DNA from: Octopus bimaculoides
Taxonomy: Eukaryota
DNA length: 64,000 bases
Assembly: GCF_001194135.2 (NCBI RefSeq)
Contig: NC_069005.1
Span: 35,224,021 to 35,288,020 of the forward strand
Direction of reading: 5' to 3'
Part shown: piece after piece, positions 37,336-51,561 of the stretch
Layout of the letters: each line of letters starts with the position of its first letter
Numbering within the stretch: position 1 is the first letter of the stretch
Position numbers and translations under genes: made by a program
The notes under the pieces: generated by a model
Told to the model about the DNA's origin: nothing
What the model saw: only the letters and a program-made list of their open reading frames with translations
The model's database searches: none

Positions 37336-40011
37336 TTTTAAAGTCAGCCTCGTTTTCATTCGAACGCCTTTCAAACCTCCTTCTGCGCATGTGCAGCCAG
37401 TGCTTTACTCTTTGACGTCAACCTTTTAATGTCTTAACAATTGGCCAGCATTTCATCACTGAACAGATCTAATCAGACCAAAATATGTTTAGAGTTGCTT
37501 TTGGTACAAAAAAAAAATTTTTTTTTTTACAGAATTTACCGTACACTGAAAGGTAACAGGTAGGCTGCGCGCACACGACTTCGGGTTAAAACGAAAGATT
37601 GTCCTATATTAATATATTTGATACTACAGTAAATGCTAAGACTACAGAACCCCCGACCCCCTTAGGCCATGAATGACCATAGGATTGCACCTAGAAAGTT
37701 CCCTTCCGAGGCGCAAGTCGCCCATGCATACCAATCTCCCCTCTCTATCGGCATTCTCCAAGATAAAGACAAAGGGGCCGATACAGCTTGGCACCTGTGA
37801 CATTGAATCTCATTTCTAAAGCTGATTGAACTGGAGCAACGTGAAATAAAGTGTCTTGCTCAAGAACACAACACACAGCCCGGTCCGGGAACTGAATTCA
37901 CTTTCTCATGATTGTGAGCCCGACCTTCACATAAATGTTAACACTAATTTATTTTTGGTATGGTTGGACTGTCTCATTAATAAATCTGATTAGTTAATAT
38001 ATACTTTCTTTGTATTTACATATTTTTCGGTTAATGTTTACAACTTGACCTGGAAACGAAAATCAGTGCAACAAGTGTAAGAAAATGTGTAGGAAACGAA
38101 TATGAAAAAAAAAGAAAAAGAAAAATGCGTGCGAGCAGCGGAAGGGTGGGGGGAGGANNNNNNNNNNNNNNNNNNNNNNNNNNNNNNNNNNNNNNNNNNN
38201 NNNNNNNNNNNNNNNNNNNNNNNNNNNNNNNNNNNNNNNNNNNNNNNNNNNNNNNNNNNNNNNNNNNNNNNNNNNNNNNNNNNNNNNNNNNNNNNNNNNN
38301 NNNNNNNNNNNNNNNNNNNNNNNNNNNNNNNNNNNNNNNNNNNNNNNNNNNNNNNNNNNNNNNNNNNNNNNNNNNNNNNNNNNNNNNNNNNNNNNNNNNN
38401 NNNNNNNNNNNNNNNNNNNNNNNNNNNTTATTTCATGTTAAAGTTGTCGTATTTCTGTAATTTCAACCAATGACTGACGTCCATTCAGCCGAATACAGTA
38501 AGTGCTGACTATGTAAACAAACGATTCTCAAACGGTTCTGGCGGTGATAAAATTATTATTTCCTTGTCAAAAAATGGCTGAAGCATATTGGCAGTAGCTA
38601 ATAAACCTTTCTATTATAGGCACAAGGACTGGTTTTTGAGGCAAGGGTTAGGGCAAATGTTGTACACATACAGTTCAGGCAGATGTTAACGAAATTATAT
38701 TAAAAATAAAACGAAGGAAAACGAACACACGTGTGTTGCCTCTCTGCAAAATGTCAGAAGTAATGGAGATTAAATACGCTTTACACCGCTTAAACCGCCA
38801 AAGGAGTAAGTATAAACAGCTGAATACTTGTTCTATAACACAAAATAGATAAATATACGAAGTTTGAAAGTCTTTCCGTACCAAAAACACTACATAAAAC
38901 ATAAATGAAAACTGGTGCCCCCATTTTGAACTAGATCCTTTATGTGTTTGTTAAATTCAACGATAGAAATTTTATTATTTTGTTTCTAAAGTTCTTGCTT
39001 TTGTACAAGCTCTACTGACAAGAGAAGTTATTTTACTGACAAATCAGTTTTAAAATTCATAGTAAATATTTCCTGTAGTAATAACATTTCAGTAAATATA
39101 TTTGCCTTGTCGGGATGATAGCTGTCATAATTGACTGTGATACGTGGTTATCACCCGAAACAAAAATATGTGAAAATCAAACCTGAAGATCTTGCTGATT
39201 TCGGGTTTCTTTGAAGACACTGTCATTACTTTTTCTATAGATACAAATAATAATGATTCAGATATATGTTTAATAATGTTTTTTTTTTAAAGTATAAAAT
39301 ATATATTTAACGAGATTATTGTTAGTAGTAATTCCACTAAGTTATTGTGCAGGTGAGGAAACCTCCCTACAGTTAACTTTTAACCACTGGGTGCACGTGT
39401 TCTTTACTTTCGCCTTTGTCTTCTAGTTGTCGACCTTTTTTTCGTCGTTTTAAATTGGTTTATACTGTTAAGAATATTGAAGCAATGTAGTTTAATTGAA
39501 GTAATGTGTGATAGTTGTTAAAAGGGTTCTGGAAAGCCATAAGTTGGAAATAAAAGGGGTGAAAACAAAAAAAACAAAAAAATTGGTAAGTTAAAACAAA
39601 ATTGCTTTTGGAGTCCACCACCATCTGAATGGAATTGGAGGAGGGTCCTCTCAGAATTCAAGGAGTTTTGAGCTGCTGCTTTTTTTCTTTAGGGAGGTGC
39701 CTAGCAGATAGGCATGGGCCTCTCCTTGGTTCTTCAGGCTTCTGGAGTGATATACCAGCAAAACATCCCTCTCGGAGGCCCTAAAGAGTAGTAGTAGTTT
39801 AATTTCAGGCCATCCCTTATAAAACCAGTTTCTGAACAGAGATATACCACCCATGGTATTCCCATTATTTTTCAGGCATAAAATAGCTTGAACTACATTA
39901 TTCAAAGTGTCCTTTCTTTTATTTAAGATGACAGAGAGTGATTTGAGGGAGATTTCTTGCAGGTCTATGATAGGTATGGTGTGTTGGTCATGGTTTATTA
40001 ATTAATTGGGT

Positions 40012-40380
40012 GGAGGCGCAATGGCCCAGTGGTTAGGGCAGTGGACTCGCGGTTTCGATTCCCAGACCGGGCGTTGTGAATGTTTATTGAGCGAAATCAC
40101 CTAAAGCTCCACGAGGCTCCGGCAGGGGATGGTGGCGAATCCTGCTGTACCCTTTCACCACAACTTTCTCTCACTCTTCCTGTTTCTGTTGTGCCTGTAA
40201 TTCAAAGGGTCAGCCTTGTCACACCGTGTCACGCTGAATATCCCCGAGAACTACGTTAAGGGTACACGTGTTTGTGGAGTGCTCAGCCACTTGCACGTTA
40301 ATTTCACGAGCAGGCTGTTCCGTTGATCGGATCAACTGGAACCCTCGACGTCGTAAGCGACGGAGTGCCAACAACAACAA
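40012..40380 (+). mobile_element. Near full-length tRNA-derived SINE
   Basis: Pol III A box tggcccagtgg (40022-40032), B box ggtttcgattcc (40051-40062), unique body, (CAA)n tail. Confidence 0.85.
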
Positions 40381-41047
40381 TTATTTAATTGGATAGAATT
40401 GATGTTAATTGCTACTTTCTCTTTATGTCTGCCTCACAATCTCACATATCTACCAAACCTCCTCCACCATCCCTGCCCAGAGCCACTCCTATATTTCTCG
40501 CCTGCTCAGTCACCTCTTCCCCATCTCCCTTCACACTTTTATATGACAACCCCTTCTATTGCATCTGGCTCACTCACCCTGTCCCACATTTATTCACTCC
40601 CCCTCCACTCCACTGTACCTTGTGGGCATGTCCCAACACATCTCCATCACCATCTTTCTGCCTGTCTGTCTTCCTATCTATCTCCCTTGCCCCACCTCTC
40701 TCTTTTCTCTCTCCTCTCCTTTCCAACTGAGGGGTGGCCATGTAGTTCCTCTATAGTAAGATACTTATTCTTTATCCTTACTTTAATCTCCCAACAGGTA
40801 CAAAGCCACTCCATCAATACTACTTCTCTTCCCTCTTAAGGGGGTCTTTGTCTTGCAATTAGTTGGTGACCCCACTGATGCTGTTGCCAGGGATACATAA
40901 AAAGCACCCAGTCCACTCTAGAAAGTGGTTGCATCCATCTATAGAAACCATTCCAAAAGAGACAAGAGAACCACCTGGCAAAGTCCTCTGGCTTGCCAGC
41001 TCCTGTCAAACAGTTCAACCCATGCCAGCATGGAAAACAGACATTGA

Positions 41048-41485
41048 ATGAGGAGGATGCCATGCGTTTGCACCTTCACTGGATACAGTTATGCATTGGT
41101 AAATGATAAGGGCATCTCAGCATAGAAAAACTGCCTCAAAAGCCTCTGTCTCACCCATGTGGCATGGAAAAGCGGACATTAACATGATGATGATGATGAT
41201 AATTGACTTAAAAAGCCATGAAATAAATTTATTTAACAAAAATCATTTCATATAATTGTTGATGAGAGGAGCCCTGAAGCGTTCGTTGTGATTATTGAAG
41301 AACAGGTTTTGCTCAAAGCACCATTGTTTGGTTAGACTCTGTAGACAGTTTAGAATAACTTCACATTAAGTGAGCCAAACATTTTTTTTTTAATATTTAA
41401 TTAAAATTTCAATCTTTAGTTTTAATGATTTTGCAATGAGAAGTCAAATAAGATTGAAATACATCTAGGTTTATCCCTACCAAAC
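41048..41485 (+). repeat. Direct duplication, copy 1 (partner 58269-58739)
   Basis: Colinear, highly similar match over ~440 bp, mostly substitutions by eye. Confidence 0.92.
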
Positions 41486-41587
41486 ATCACCCTTATTCTT
41501 CATTGAATGTCTCCAATTTAGACTTCAAACTTTTCTTCCATGCATTGTTTCCTATTTTTCCTTTTTTTAATCTGAATTAATCGTTAG

Positions 41588-41638
41588 CCCTTTTCAAACC
41601 AACCCTAACCCTAACCCTAACCCTTTTCAAACCAACCC
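41588..41638 (-). repeat. Interstitial telomeric repeat, ~(TTAGGG)3-4, flanked by an 18-bp direct repeat
   Basis: cccttttcaaaccaaccc-taaccctaaccctaa-cccttttcaaaccaaccc. Confidence 0.85.
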
Positions 41639-42013
41639 ATCCTGGGACCACTTTTCATTCTATTATACGACACTCATCATCATTCTTTAACAATCCTTGT
41701 CAATTTTTCCATTTCCTGTAATTCTCCAGAAATAATGGAAATTTGTAATGATGTGATAAAATCTGGTGTTCTGCAGATAAAAGCATTTGTAGAAAGTTAA
41801 TGCATCCCTATTTTTTTGGATATATTTACTAAATCTTTGATAATGATGGTTTTATGTTGAATTTTAATCTCATCAGGGTTTTTTTTTTTTTTTTTTTTTC
41901 ACAAAGGAATACACTTAGAGAAGAATATTTCTTAATCCAGTTGGATTTTGTTAAGCAAACAAACTGCAATTCCAATTAAGCCAAAAGCGAAAACGATTTT
42001 GATTTTTTTAAAT

Positions 42014-45000
42014 ATGGAACTAAGCAAATTCGTAAGTATATTTATTTTTCTTTCTTTCTATCAATGACTTATGGCAACATTTTCAAACTGATTTTACTTT
42101 GTTTTCTTCTTTTCAATGTTTATTCTGCTTTGGATGTATTTCTTTGTAGATTTAATCAATTGTTAATAATAACGATAATCTTTTCTACTACAGGCACAAG
42201 GCCTGAAACTCGATGGAGAGGGTTAGGGTGGGGGCCTAGTTGATTACATCAACTCCAGTGCTCAACTGGTATTTATTTTATCAGTGCTGAAAGGATAAAA
42301 GGAAAAGTAGACCCCGGCAGAATTTGAACTGAGAACACAAACACAGATGAAATGCCGCTAAGTATTTTGCCTGGCATGTTAATAATTCTGCCAGCTCACC
42401 ACCTTCAATAATAATAAATGCCCTGATTTAGTACCAGGTAGTGAGTCTCATGGCTTCTGATCTTAAATCATTGGAAGTGTTATCATGTCCATGTTTTGTC
42501 TTGGTATAAAAGATTCTGCTCAATACCACAGCTCTGCTTGTCAGTTGTTTGACCTTAACCAGTTGAACAAGTCCCTTGGTGGCTGATGATATGTGCATCT
42601 TTGATCACGAGCAGAAGTAGTGGGGGAGCATCATAGCCATGTGTTGAGAGGAATTCTTTGGGATTTGAATAATTCACTTCTGGAAACATAGGTTTTTTTG
42701 TTCATCATCCTTGAACGGCCCTTATTCAAGGACTGTTTGAGCAGGATGGGCTACTTGACCTGATGAAAATTTCAACTGGCCCCCACCTGCAAGGTCATTT
42801 CCTTTTTTTATCTTGATATGAGGTCACTGTGTTGTGCACACATGGTTGTGATCTATGTACCCTTATCAGATGGGTAGTCATGATGGGTGTAATGGGTTTT
42901 TGTATAATTGTACCCCAGTGTCACTCTGATGGCATTTGCTGATCCCTCACCCCAAAATAATAACAATGGTTTAAAATTTTGGCACAAGTCCANNNNNNNN
43001 NNNNNNNNNNNNNNNNNNNNNNNNNNNNNNNNNNNNNNNNNNNNNNNNNNNNNNNNNNNNNNNNNNNNNNNNNNNNNNNNNNNNNNNNNNNNCCCTCACC
43101 CCAAAATAATAACAATGGTTTAAAATTTTGGCACAAGTCCAGTGACCTGATAGGGAAGGGGCCAATCAGTACCGTCAAATGCAGTACTTGACTGGTTCTA
43201 TTTTTTTATTGACTTGGAAAGGATGAAACGTCAAAGTTGGCCTTGGTGAGATTTGAGCTCAGAACATTAAGAGATTTTACTAAATACCACAAGGTATTTT
43301 ATCAGCTGCTCTAATGATACTGTCATCCACCAAATAATAATAAAAAGGATAATCCTTTCTATAGGTAAAAGGCTTGAAATTTTGAGGGAGTGGGGGGGGG
43401 GACTAGTTGATTACATCAACCCCAGTGTGTAACTGGTACTTATTTCATTGACCCTGAAAGGATGAAAGGTAAAGTTGACTTCAGTGGAATTTGAACTCAA
43501 AATGTGAAGATGGACGAAATAAGAGTATTATTTTGAATATTTTCATGTTTTGACTTTGTAAAACCTTATAAACCTGCTTCCATCCTATTTTGGATGTTTG
43601 GATTTAAAATTTTAAAATCTTTTCATTATTTTTCCAGAAACCAAGGACGTATTCATACAGCTCCTTAACTTCCTTGAAACCAAACACAATGGTTAATATC
43701 TATGGCATTGTGAAATTTTTTAAGTTGCCCTTTAAAACGAAGGGAACTGGTAAGGCCATTGTCATTTTTTTCATGTGATTAATCCTTTATTATAACACTG
43801 ACAGCTACTTATTCTTTAACTGTTATTAATTAAAAACAGCTCTCTATTTAATCCTTTCTATATCTCTTAATTTCTTGAGTGATCATTTGTTTACTGATGT
43901 TTGGCCATACTGGGGCACCATCTTCAAAGGTTTTAATTGAGCAACAATCAACACACTCTCTTCCAGGTTATCTCTATTCCTACCCAACCCCTTCTCTTGT
44001 CTTTAAAAAAGTTTATTCCCCTTGTGTTCTTCGTGTTTATTGCTCCTCTGCATCTGTTACATGCAATGTCTACTCCTCTGTTAATCTTCCTGTGACTTCC
44101 CTCTTGTGTGTTCACAGTTTCTGTTGGGTACACCATACGGAATTTCTGCTTATACCTTTCCTACATATCAAGCTGGGGCCAGTTACCTGAAGTGGGTAGG
44201 GTCCTGTCTGTTTTCCAGCTCATTACACTTTGATCTTTGCCTTAGTTAACTTTGAGGTGTTTTGATTCCAGGTTTTCTTTCTTCACCTGGAATTTCTTTC
44301 TTGATTCTGCTGCAGATTCAGCTAAAGAAAAAAAAAAAAAGAGCTTAACAACCTAAAGCTATTCCCTTGGGATTATAGTCTTAAACTCTTCTGTTATGGC
44401 CTGAAGGACTTTAATGAATAAGAAGGGACTGAGAACTGAGCCCTGGTGAACTTGTACTTGCACATTAAATTTATCACTCTATCACTATACTCATGGATTC
44501 TCTCCTTACTGACAACCCCTATCCATGGTTCATATGGCTCTCACACACATTTTTGTTTTTTTCATCATCATCATTGTTAAATGTCCACCTTCCATGCTGG
44601 CATGGGTTGGACGGTTTGACAGGAGCTGACCAGGCAGAAACCTGCACTAGACTTCTGTGACTGTTTTTGCAGGATTTTTACAGCTGGATGCCCTTCCTAA
44701 CACCAACCACTCAGCAGAGTGGACTCAGTGCTTTTTACATGGCACAAGCACAGGCAAGGTCAGTTTTGGCAAGGTTTTCACAGCTGGATGCCCTTCCAAA
44801 TATGCCAACCACTTTACAATGCGGACTGGATACTTTTTAAGTGGCGCCTGCACTGAGAGGGTCACAAAGTACCTTGCAAGACAAAAAAAGCTTGTGAGAG
44901 GGAAAGGGGAGGCACTGGAGGAGGAAGTGATCTTGTGTCAGATGATGAAAGGTGAGAGGGAGAGAGAGAGAGAGACAGAAACAGGTGTCTTGTTGTAGAG

Positions 45001-45980
45001 GAGGTACAAGGTTACCTGGCCGGAGGAAAAGAGAGTGTGAAATCAGGATGCTTTTTGAGAAATACAAATAATTTCAATAGTTTGTCTCTATTTTTCAGAC
45101 TTTATGATGATCGTGACAATAGTGGATGAGTCCATAATTCATACTGATCAAAAGTTAAAATGCTTACTATTTTCATACGAGGAAAGGTGTTTACCAGAAA
45201 TGAAAATTGGTAGCATTATTAGATTCCATAGATTACGAGTAAATATTCAAATCTTGTTTTTCTTTTTTTTTTCCATAAATACTTTTGTTTCATTTTTTTC
45301 ATTTTATGAGAACCTACCAGTTGCTGAGACCATTGCTAAAAGTTTCGACGGTAGTGATGGATAGCTGGAGCAAACCCCTCAAGAAGTAAGACGTGATAGA
45401 GGTAGTAGCCATCTATCTGCCCTATTTATGTTGAGGAAAGATAGAATGGTTACTACTGGAATGTCTTTGACCATTGGTCTGCTGAGTCAAGACTGACCAA
45501 CGGCCAAACAATGACTGTTATTATTAGACAGATCTCTACAGTTGCCTGTTTGGGCCGCTTGATTTTAAAGAGGTTATCACATAAGGGAGACTACTTTGAT
45601 AACCTGCAGCACATTAGAGTTGACCAAAGAAGAGAATCCGATTCCTGATGGATGGCACTTACTCTCAGAGTTGTCAAAATGAACTGGTTAACAGTCATTG
45701 AAAGTGTTTTGAAGCTTTTGCTAGATTTATCACTAGATACACATGTTTTACGAAATTTATCTCCACTCATCTGACAAAAATGAACTGTACATGGAATTGA
45801 AAAGGCTAGCTTTATTACATTCTGTGTCATGCTGCATCTCTCCAAAAACTATGTTAAGGCTACATGTGTCTGTGGACTGCTCTGTCACATGTACATTAAT
45901 TCCACCAGCAAGCTGTTCCATTGATCAAATAAACTGGAATACTCATTGTTGTAACTGATGGAATGCCAAAGAAGAAAGAT

Positions 45981-46011
<31 letters not shown>

Positions 46012-49000
46012 GTTTTAGTTATGGATATAGAAACTGAAAATGTCATCTCCTTTACAACACTGAAACTATAAATGTGATTAGTTCTTTAACAAATTGTCTA
46101 AATTGTGGTTTCTGTTTCTAGATTAATCTCTATAATGGGGAATTGCAAGGAAAGAGTGGAAAAGGCTTCTCGTGGCTGGTTATTGATAATCAAGGTGATG
46201 GTTCCATGATAACTAAAGCTTCCAGGGTAAATTATACATTCTCAGATGCTGACAGGAGGAAGGTGAGAACATTACCGTGCTAGAGATTATTCTCATTAGT
46301 TTTGCTATTTTTTAAGACAGATTATTTTCGAGATGTTTGAACCTAAGTTATCATATCACTATTAAAAAGAAGATTAATTTACCATGCATATCTATCCATA
46401 TTGGTATAATTGATCTGGGATAAATTTGATTGAATATTCTCTTTATCATCATCATACGTTTGTTTTCCTTGTTAGCATGGGTTGGATGGTTTGACCAGAG
46501 CTGGCAAGGCCAAGAACCATACCAGTCATCTGTTTCAGCATGGTTTCTACAGCTGGATGCTCTTCCTGATGCCAACCACTTTGCAGGGTGTACATGGTGC
46601 TTTTTATGTGGCACCAGCACTGACAGGGTCACCAAGTAACTTGCAAATGTAAAAACCCCATCAACTGGGAGGAGGGAGTAGTAGTGACAGCAGTGGTGGC
46701 CTTGTGCCAGTTGATGAAAGATTAGGGGTATCGAAGGACAGGGGTAGATGTCTTGCTGTAAAGTTGAAAAAGAATGGAGGGGGAGTTATGTTTTCTTTTC
46801 AACCCCATCATCGAGCATGTTCCAGTTATTTCATCCCAAGTTTTTCTGAAATGCAAGTTTGCTCCCACCTGCCATTTGTTTCGAACACTTTTTCCTTGAG
46901 CATCATTATTATTATGAATTATATTTTCTCATCATACGAAATCCGGTGTTGCAGGTATTTTACTAATCTTTCTCATACACTGACTTCTTCAGCTTTCCTC
47001 CTCTTCTCTCCTAACATATAGCATCATGTGGAAAGGGAATTCTTTGACCTCTTCTTGGAGTGATGCAGTTCTATAAACCCCTTTTTCTCTTACATTGAAG
47101 ACGACTACACTCTTCAACACTAATTTGTAGAACTTTGTGAGAAAGGGAACTTTAAGTGAAAGAATATCTCTAAGATGTGTTAAGAAGGAAATCTTTAAGT
47201 GTAAATGACATATAAAAAAAATTAGGGGTATGCTTCTATTTGAGTAAAATGCTGTTTGTTTTTGTCTTTTGTAGGTCGCAAGATTGTTTCATATTAAACA
47301 GCAAAAGCAAGAACTTAGGTGCCAAAATTTGGTAAAACTTGAACAGCTCCAAGAAGGAATATATTTCGATTTCCTCTGCCAAGTAAGTTGATTTGTTCAT
47401 TTTGAGTTGTTGTTGTTGTTTTTTTTCTGGAATTTAATACAATTTTTCAACAAAAGGTGATTTTTTTTTTTTTCACTTGTTAAACTTGGAATTCTGTTTG
47501 ACTCAATCAATCTAACTGAAAGTTTGAAGTCATCATCATCATTTAATGTCTATTTTTCATGCTGATAGGACCTGACGGATCTAGAGTTGTATCATGCTCC
47601 AATTGTCTGGATGCCCTTTCTAATGCCAACCACTTGTGCACTGGGTGTGTTGTTTTGTGGCATCAGCACCAATGAGGTTGCCATGCAGCTAGCAAGAGGA
47701 AGATCCCCTTTAACTGGAGCTAAAAAAAAAACTTCTAATGAGGAAAACTCCTGTCCCCCACTTAATGATTGAGTTACAGAAGACAATTTTTGAAATTTTG
47801 AATAATTAAAAATTGACTGGAGGTATGCTTACTGTGCAGTACAACAAAGGTTGCCACAGCACCTGTTCGACCCTCTCGCCAGCACTCCACTCTCTCACCC
47901 ATCACAACACAAGAGTCTTAAGGGAACACATTGGTGACACACATACCCCCCCCCAACACACTACCTGTTCTCCCTCCTCCACCATCAGCCATTTGGTATT
48001 GACATCTATTATTCACTATCACCATTTAATCACCTCTTGTCATCCCGTAAACTATTAATGTCTGTTTTCCATGCTGGCATGGGTCGGATGGTTTAATGGG
48101 ATCTGACAAACCAGTGAACTGCATCAAACACCACTGTTTTGGCATAGTTTTTACAGCTGAATGCCTCTCCCAATGCCAACAGCTTTACAGAGTGGAGTGG
48201 GTACTCTTTACCTGGCACCAACACTACTGACAGAGGTCACCAAGTGACTTATAAGTCAACTGAGGTGGGGAGAGAAGAGGTGGTTTTGTACAATGGAACT
48301 GGAACAGATACCTTGCTGTGGAGGGGGTTACGTGGTTACCTCAGTTGGAAAGGAGAGACGATGTCTCGGCATGCACCCTCAAGTTACACACAGGTAAATA
48401 TAAGAGAAGCAGAATGGATGGGTAGTATGTCAATGGTTATCAGAAAAATATAACCTCATAACTTCACTGAGGTGTATGGAATCGTAGAGAGACAATGAAC
48501 TTGGCTGTAAGTCTTTTGAATTGCATTCAGGTAGAATTGAATTTATTCAGTTTTATTAATTATTGTTTTCAATGGAATATTAATTGTTGTTTTGAAACTA
48601 CTTTAGGTTGTGGCTGTCTCTGTTGTAGAACTCAATGTTTGCTATTTACTTCAAGTCTGGGATGGCACCCATTCTTCATGGTGAGTAAAGCAACTTTTTT
48701 TTCTGTTGTCTTTCAGCAAAATTTTTTTTTTTCCTTTTTTCACTGCATTCAATCAGATTTCGTCTTCCTCATATCGTAAGAAGACAGGGAACTGGCAGAG
48801 TCGTAAGCATGTCGGACAAAATGCTTTGTGGCATTTTTTCCACTTCTTTACATTCTGAGTTCAAGTCCCACCAAGGTCAACTTTTCCTTTCATTCTTTTG
48901 GGAGAAGGAAGGGGGAGGTCAATAAAATAGAGTACCAGTCATACACCGGGGTTGATGTAATTGACTTGCCTCCTCTCAAAGTGATAGACTGGCATGTCCT

Positions 49001-51530
49001 GTTCAAGAAGAATGCTGTGATATCAGTCACTTATTCACCATGGGAACTGGCCTTAGGAGTCAGTCCTAGGGTTCAAGGGGGAAAATAAAGTAAAAACTCT
49101 TGTAATAAAGATGCTGTGGAAGGTTTTCTTCGAATGAGTCTGTAAGTTAGGATTTCAATTCACAGTTGGAACCGTTTCGCATAGATTAATCAATACAAAT
49201 TAAGAGAACAACTTGTGACACCCCCACCCACCCAAGTAACCATTATTTCTTTGTCGACAATTCAGTTGATCAGGGTTCATCNNNNNNNNNNNNNNNNNNN
49301 NNNNNNNNNNNNNNNNNNNNNNNNNNNNNNNNNNNNNNNNNNNNNNNNNNNNNNNNNNNNNNNNNNNNNNNNNNNNNNNNNNNNNNNNNNNNNNNNNNNN
49401 NNNNNNNNNNNNNNNNNNNNNNNNNNNNNNNNNNNNNNNNNNNNNNNNNNGCTTGTTTTGGAATTATATGTTTAGGAGTTTGGTGGATTGTTGGTAAAAG
49501 ACTCTTACTAAAAGTGGCACTTGCTTCTGGCTCACTGTGGAATGATGTCCAGACTGTGTGCTCTTTAATAGATTGGGAGATTATTATTATTATCTTGTTC
49601 AGAAACCGGCGAGCATTGCCCCCAGTGTAGTTTTGTCTGAACCATGCAACAAAGGAAAAGATGCTAAAATGATGAAGATGATGACGACGACAACACTGCT
49701 GCTGCCCTTACATTTGTTTGGTTTAATGTCTTTTTCTGTCAGCATGGCTGAGGTAGGAGTTAACTGAGGCAAACTTTTAAAATCTGGATGGTCTTGTTGC
49801 TGTCAGCCCTTACCTGTTTTACAAGTAAGGGATTATCTATAAATCCATTATTCTATTTAAATAGATTAAGGTTCAGGAAAGAAGCAATGTTTCTCTAGTG
49901 TTCATCATCATCATCATTGTTGTTTAACATCCGCTTTCCATGCTGGCATGGGTTGGACAGTTTGACAGGAGCCGGCCAAGCAGAAGCCTGCACCAGTCTT
50001 CTATGACTGTTCATTCTTAAAATTGATTTCATGTTAATTTGTCAAATATTTCTCTAGAGTTTATAGTTCAAAGGATTTTTTAACTCAGAAATCTTTTTTT
50101 ATATTTTTCAGCCCACTCTTCACTGTTGAACCAGAAGAGAGGAATCTGACTGTGAAAACTGATATGGAACTGAAGAAAATTGCCAAAGATCGGCTAGTTG
50201 ATGTCTGTGTCTATGATGACCATTTTGAAAAAGCCGCAACCATAAAGGTTTGTTTTCTCATTAATGCTGTGTTGTTAATTAAATTGATATCTTTTCTATT
50301 ATAGGCAGAAGGCTTGAAATTTTGGGGAAATTATTACATCAACCCCAGTGCATAACTGGTACTTATTTCATAGATTCCGAAAGGATGAAAGACAAAGTTG
50401 ACCTCAGTGGAATTTGAACTCAGAACGTAGCAAAGACAGACAAAATGCAGTGATGTGTCTTGTCCAGTGTGCTAATAATTCAGTCATCTTGTTAATTAAA
50501 TTAATATAGAGTAATATAATTAATAGTGAGAGCAAGTAAAAGTATTAATGGAAAGTCTATAAAGATAGACTCTTAGATGAAGTGTTAATTACACAGATTA
50601 AGGATGGTTTATCTTTTTATTTTTTATCTTGTTTCAGTTATTTGACTGGCCATACTGGAGCACTGCTTTGAAAGGGTTTAGATTGACCCTAGTACTTTAT
50701 TTTTAAATCTGGTACTCATTCTATCAGTATCTTATTCCAAGCCATTAAGTTATGGAGACGTAACCAAATTTAGTCATCATGAGGTAGTGGTGATGGGGAA
50801 TGAACACACTCACACAATGGGCTTCCACACAGTTTCCATCTATCAAATTCACTTGCAAAGCATTGGTTGGCATGGATTTTGATAAACTGATTATTTTCTA
50901 TTACAGCCAGGAATGTTTATAAAGTTTTTTAATTTACATTGCTCAAAGCGTAAAGCTCCAGAGTTTGTTAATGCGTCAACTTATGAAAAACTGGAGCTTG
51001 TTCTCCATCAAGGAACATCTTATGGTCGAGGTATAAAAATACTTTCTGAAACAGATCCAGAAATAGATGATCTCAAAAAGAAATTAGAGGAATTAACAAA
51101 GAATGTGGAAAGAACTGGCACAAGTGTTAAACGAGGTCCTAAGGGTTCCCATTCAAAGGGTGTTAAAAAGAAAAAAGTTGAAACAGGTAAGAATTTATTG
51201 GCATCTTTCTGATTTGGTGGGTGCCACTTTTTATTTATGTTTTATTTAGTGTGTTTTCTACCGAAACACTTTCAAACTTCGTATACTTGTATATTTTGTC
51301 TTATAGAACAGAGAAAAATTTTTGTATTCGAAGTTATTTCATGTAAAAAATTGTCGTATTTCAGTAATTTCAACCAATCACTGACGTCTATTGAGGTAAA
51401 AACTTTAAAAAGATAAAATTTTCTCAATAACACTAAGAGTAAAAGATGTTTTATATGACACATTCTACCAGTGTCCCAAGTTTGGAAGTGTTTCGTTAAG
51501 GAAACAAGTGGCGCCTGCCAAAGCAGAAAG

Positions 51531-51561
<31 letters not shown>

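Noticed and set aside
39651-39905. 84-aa minus-strand ORF
   Set aside because: Resembles a decayed LINE RT fragment (LKNN...GISL); not a host gene.
40012-40075. tRNA gene
   Set aside because: A and B boxes are present but the anticodon arm is incomplete, and the sequence continues into a SINE body and (CAA)n tail.
42944-43141. 49-bp direct repeat on both sides of a 100-N gap
   Set aside because: Typical unmerged contig overlap; an assembly artefact.
49000-49600. Possible extra POT1 exon around gap 49282-49450
   Set aside because: POT1 exons 6 and 7 join in frame and colinearly with the known protein; the flanks look like a retrotransposon relic.
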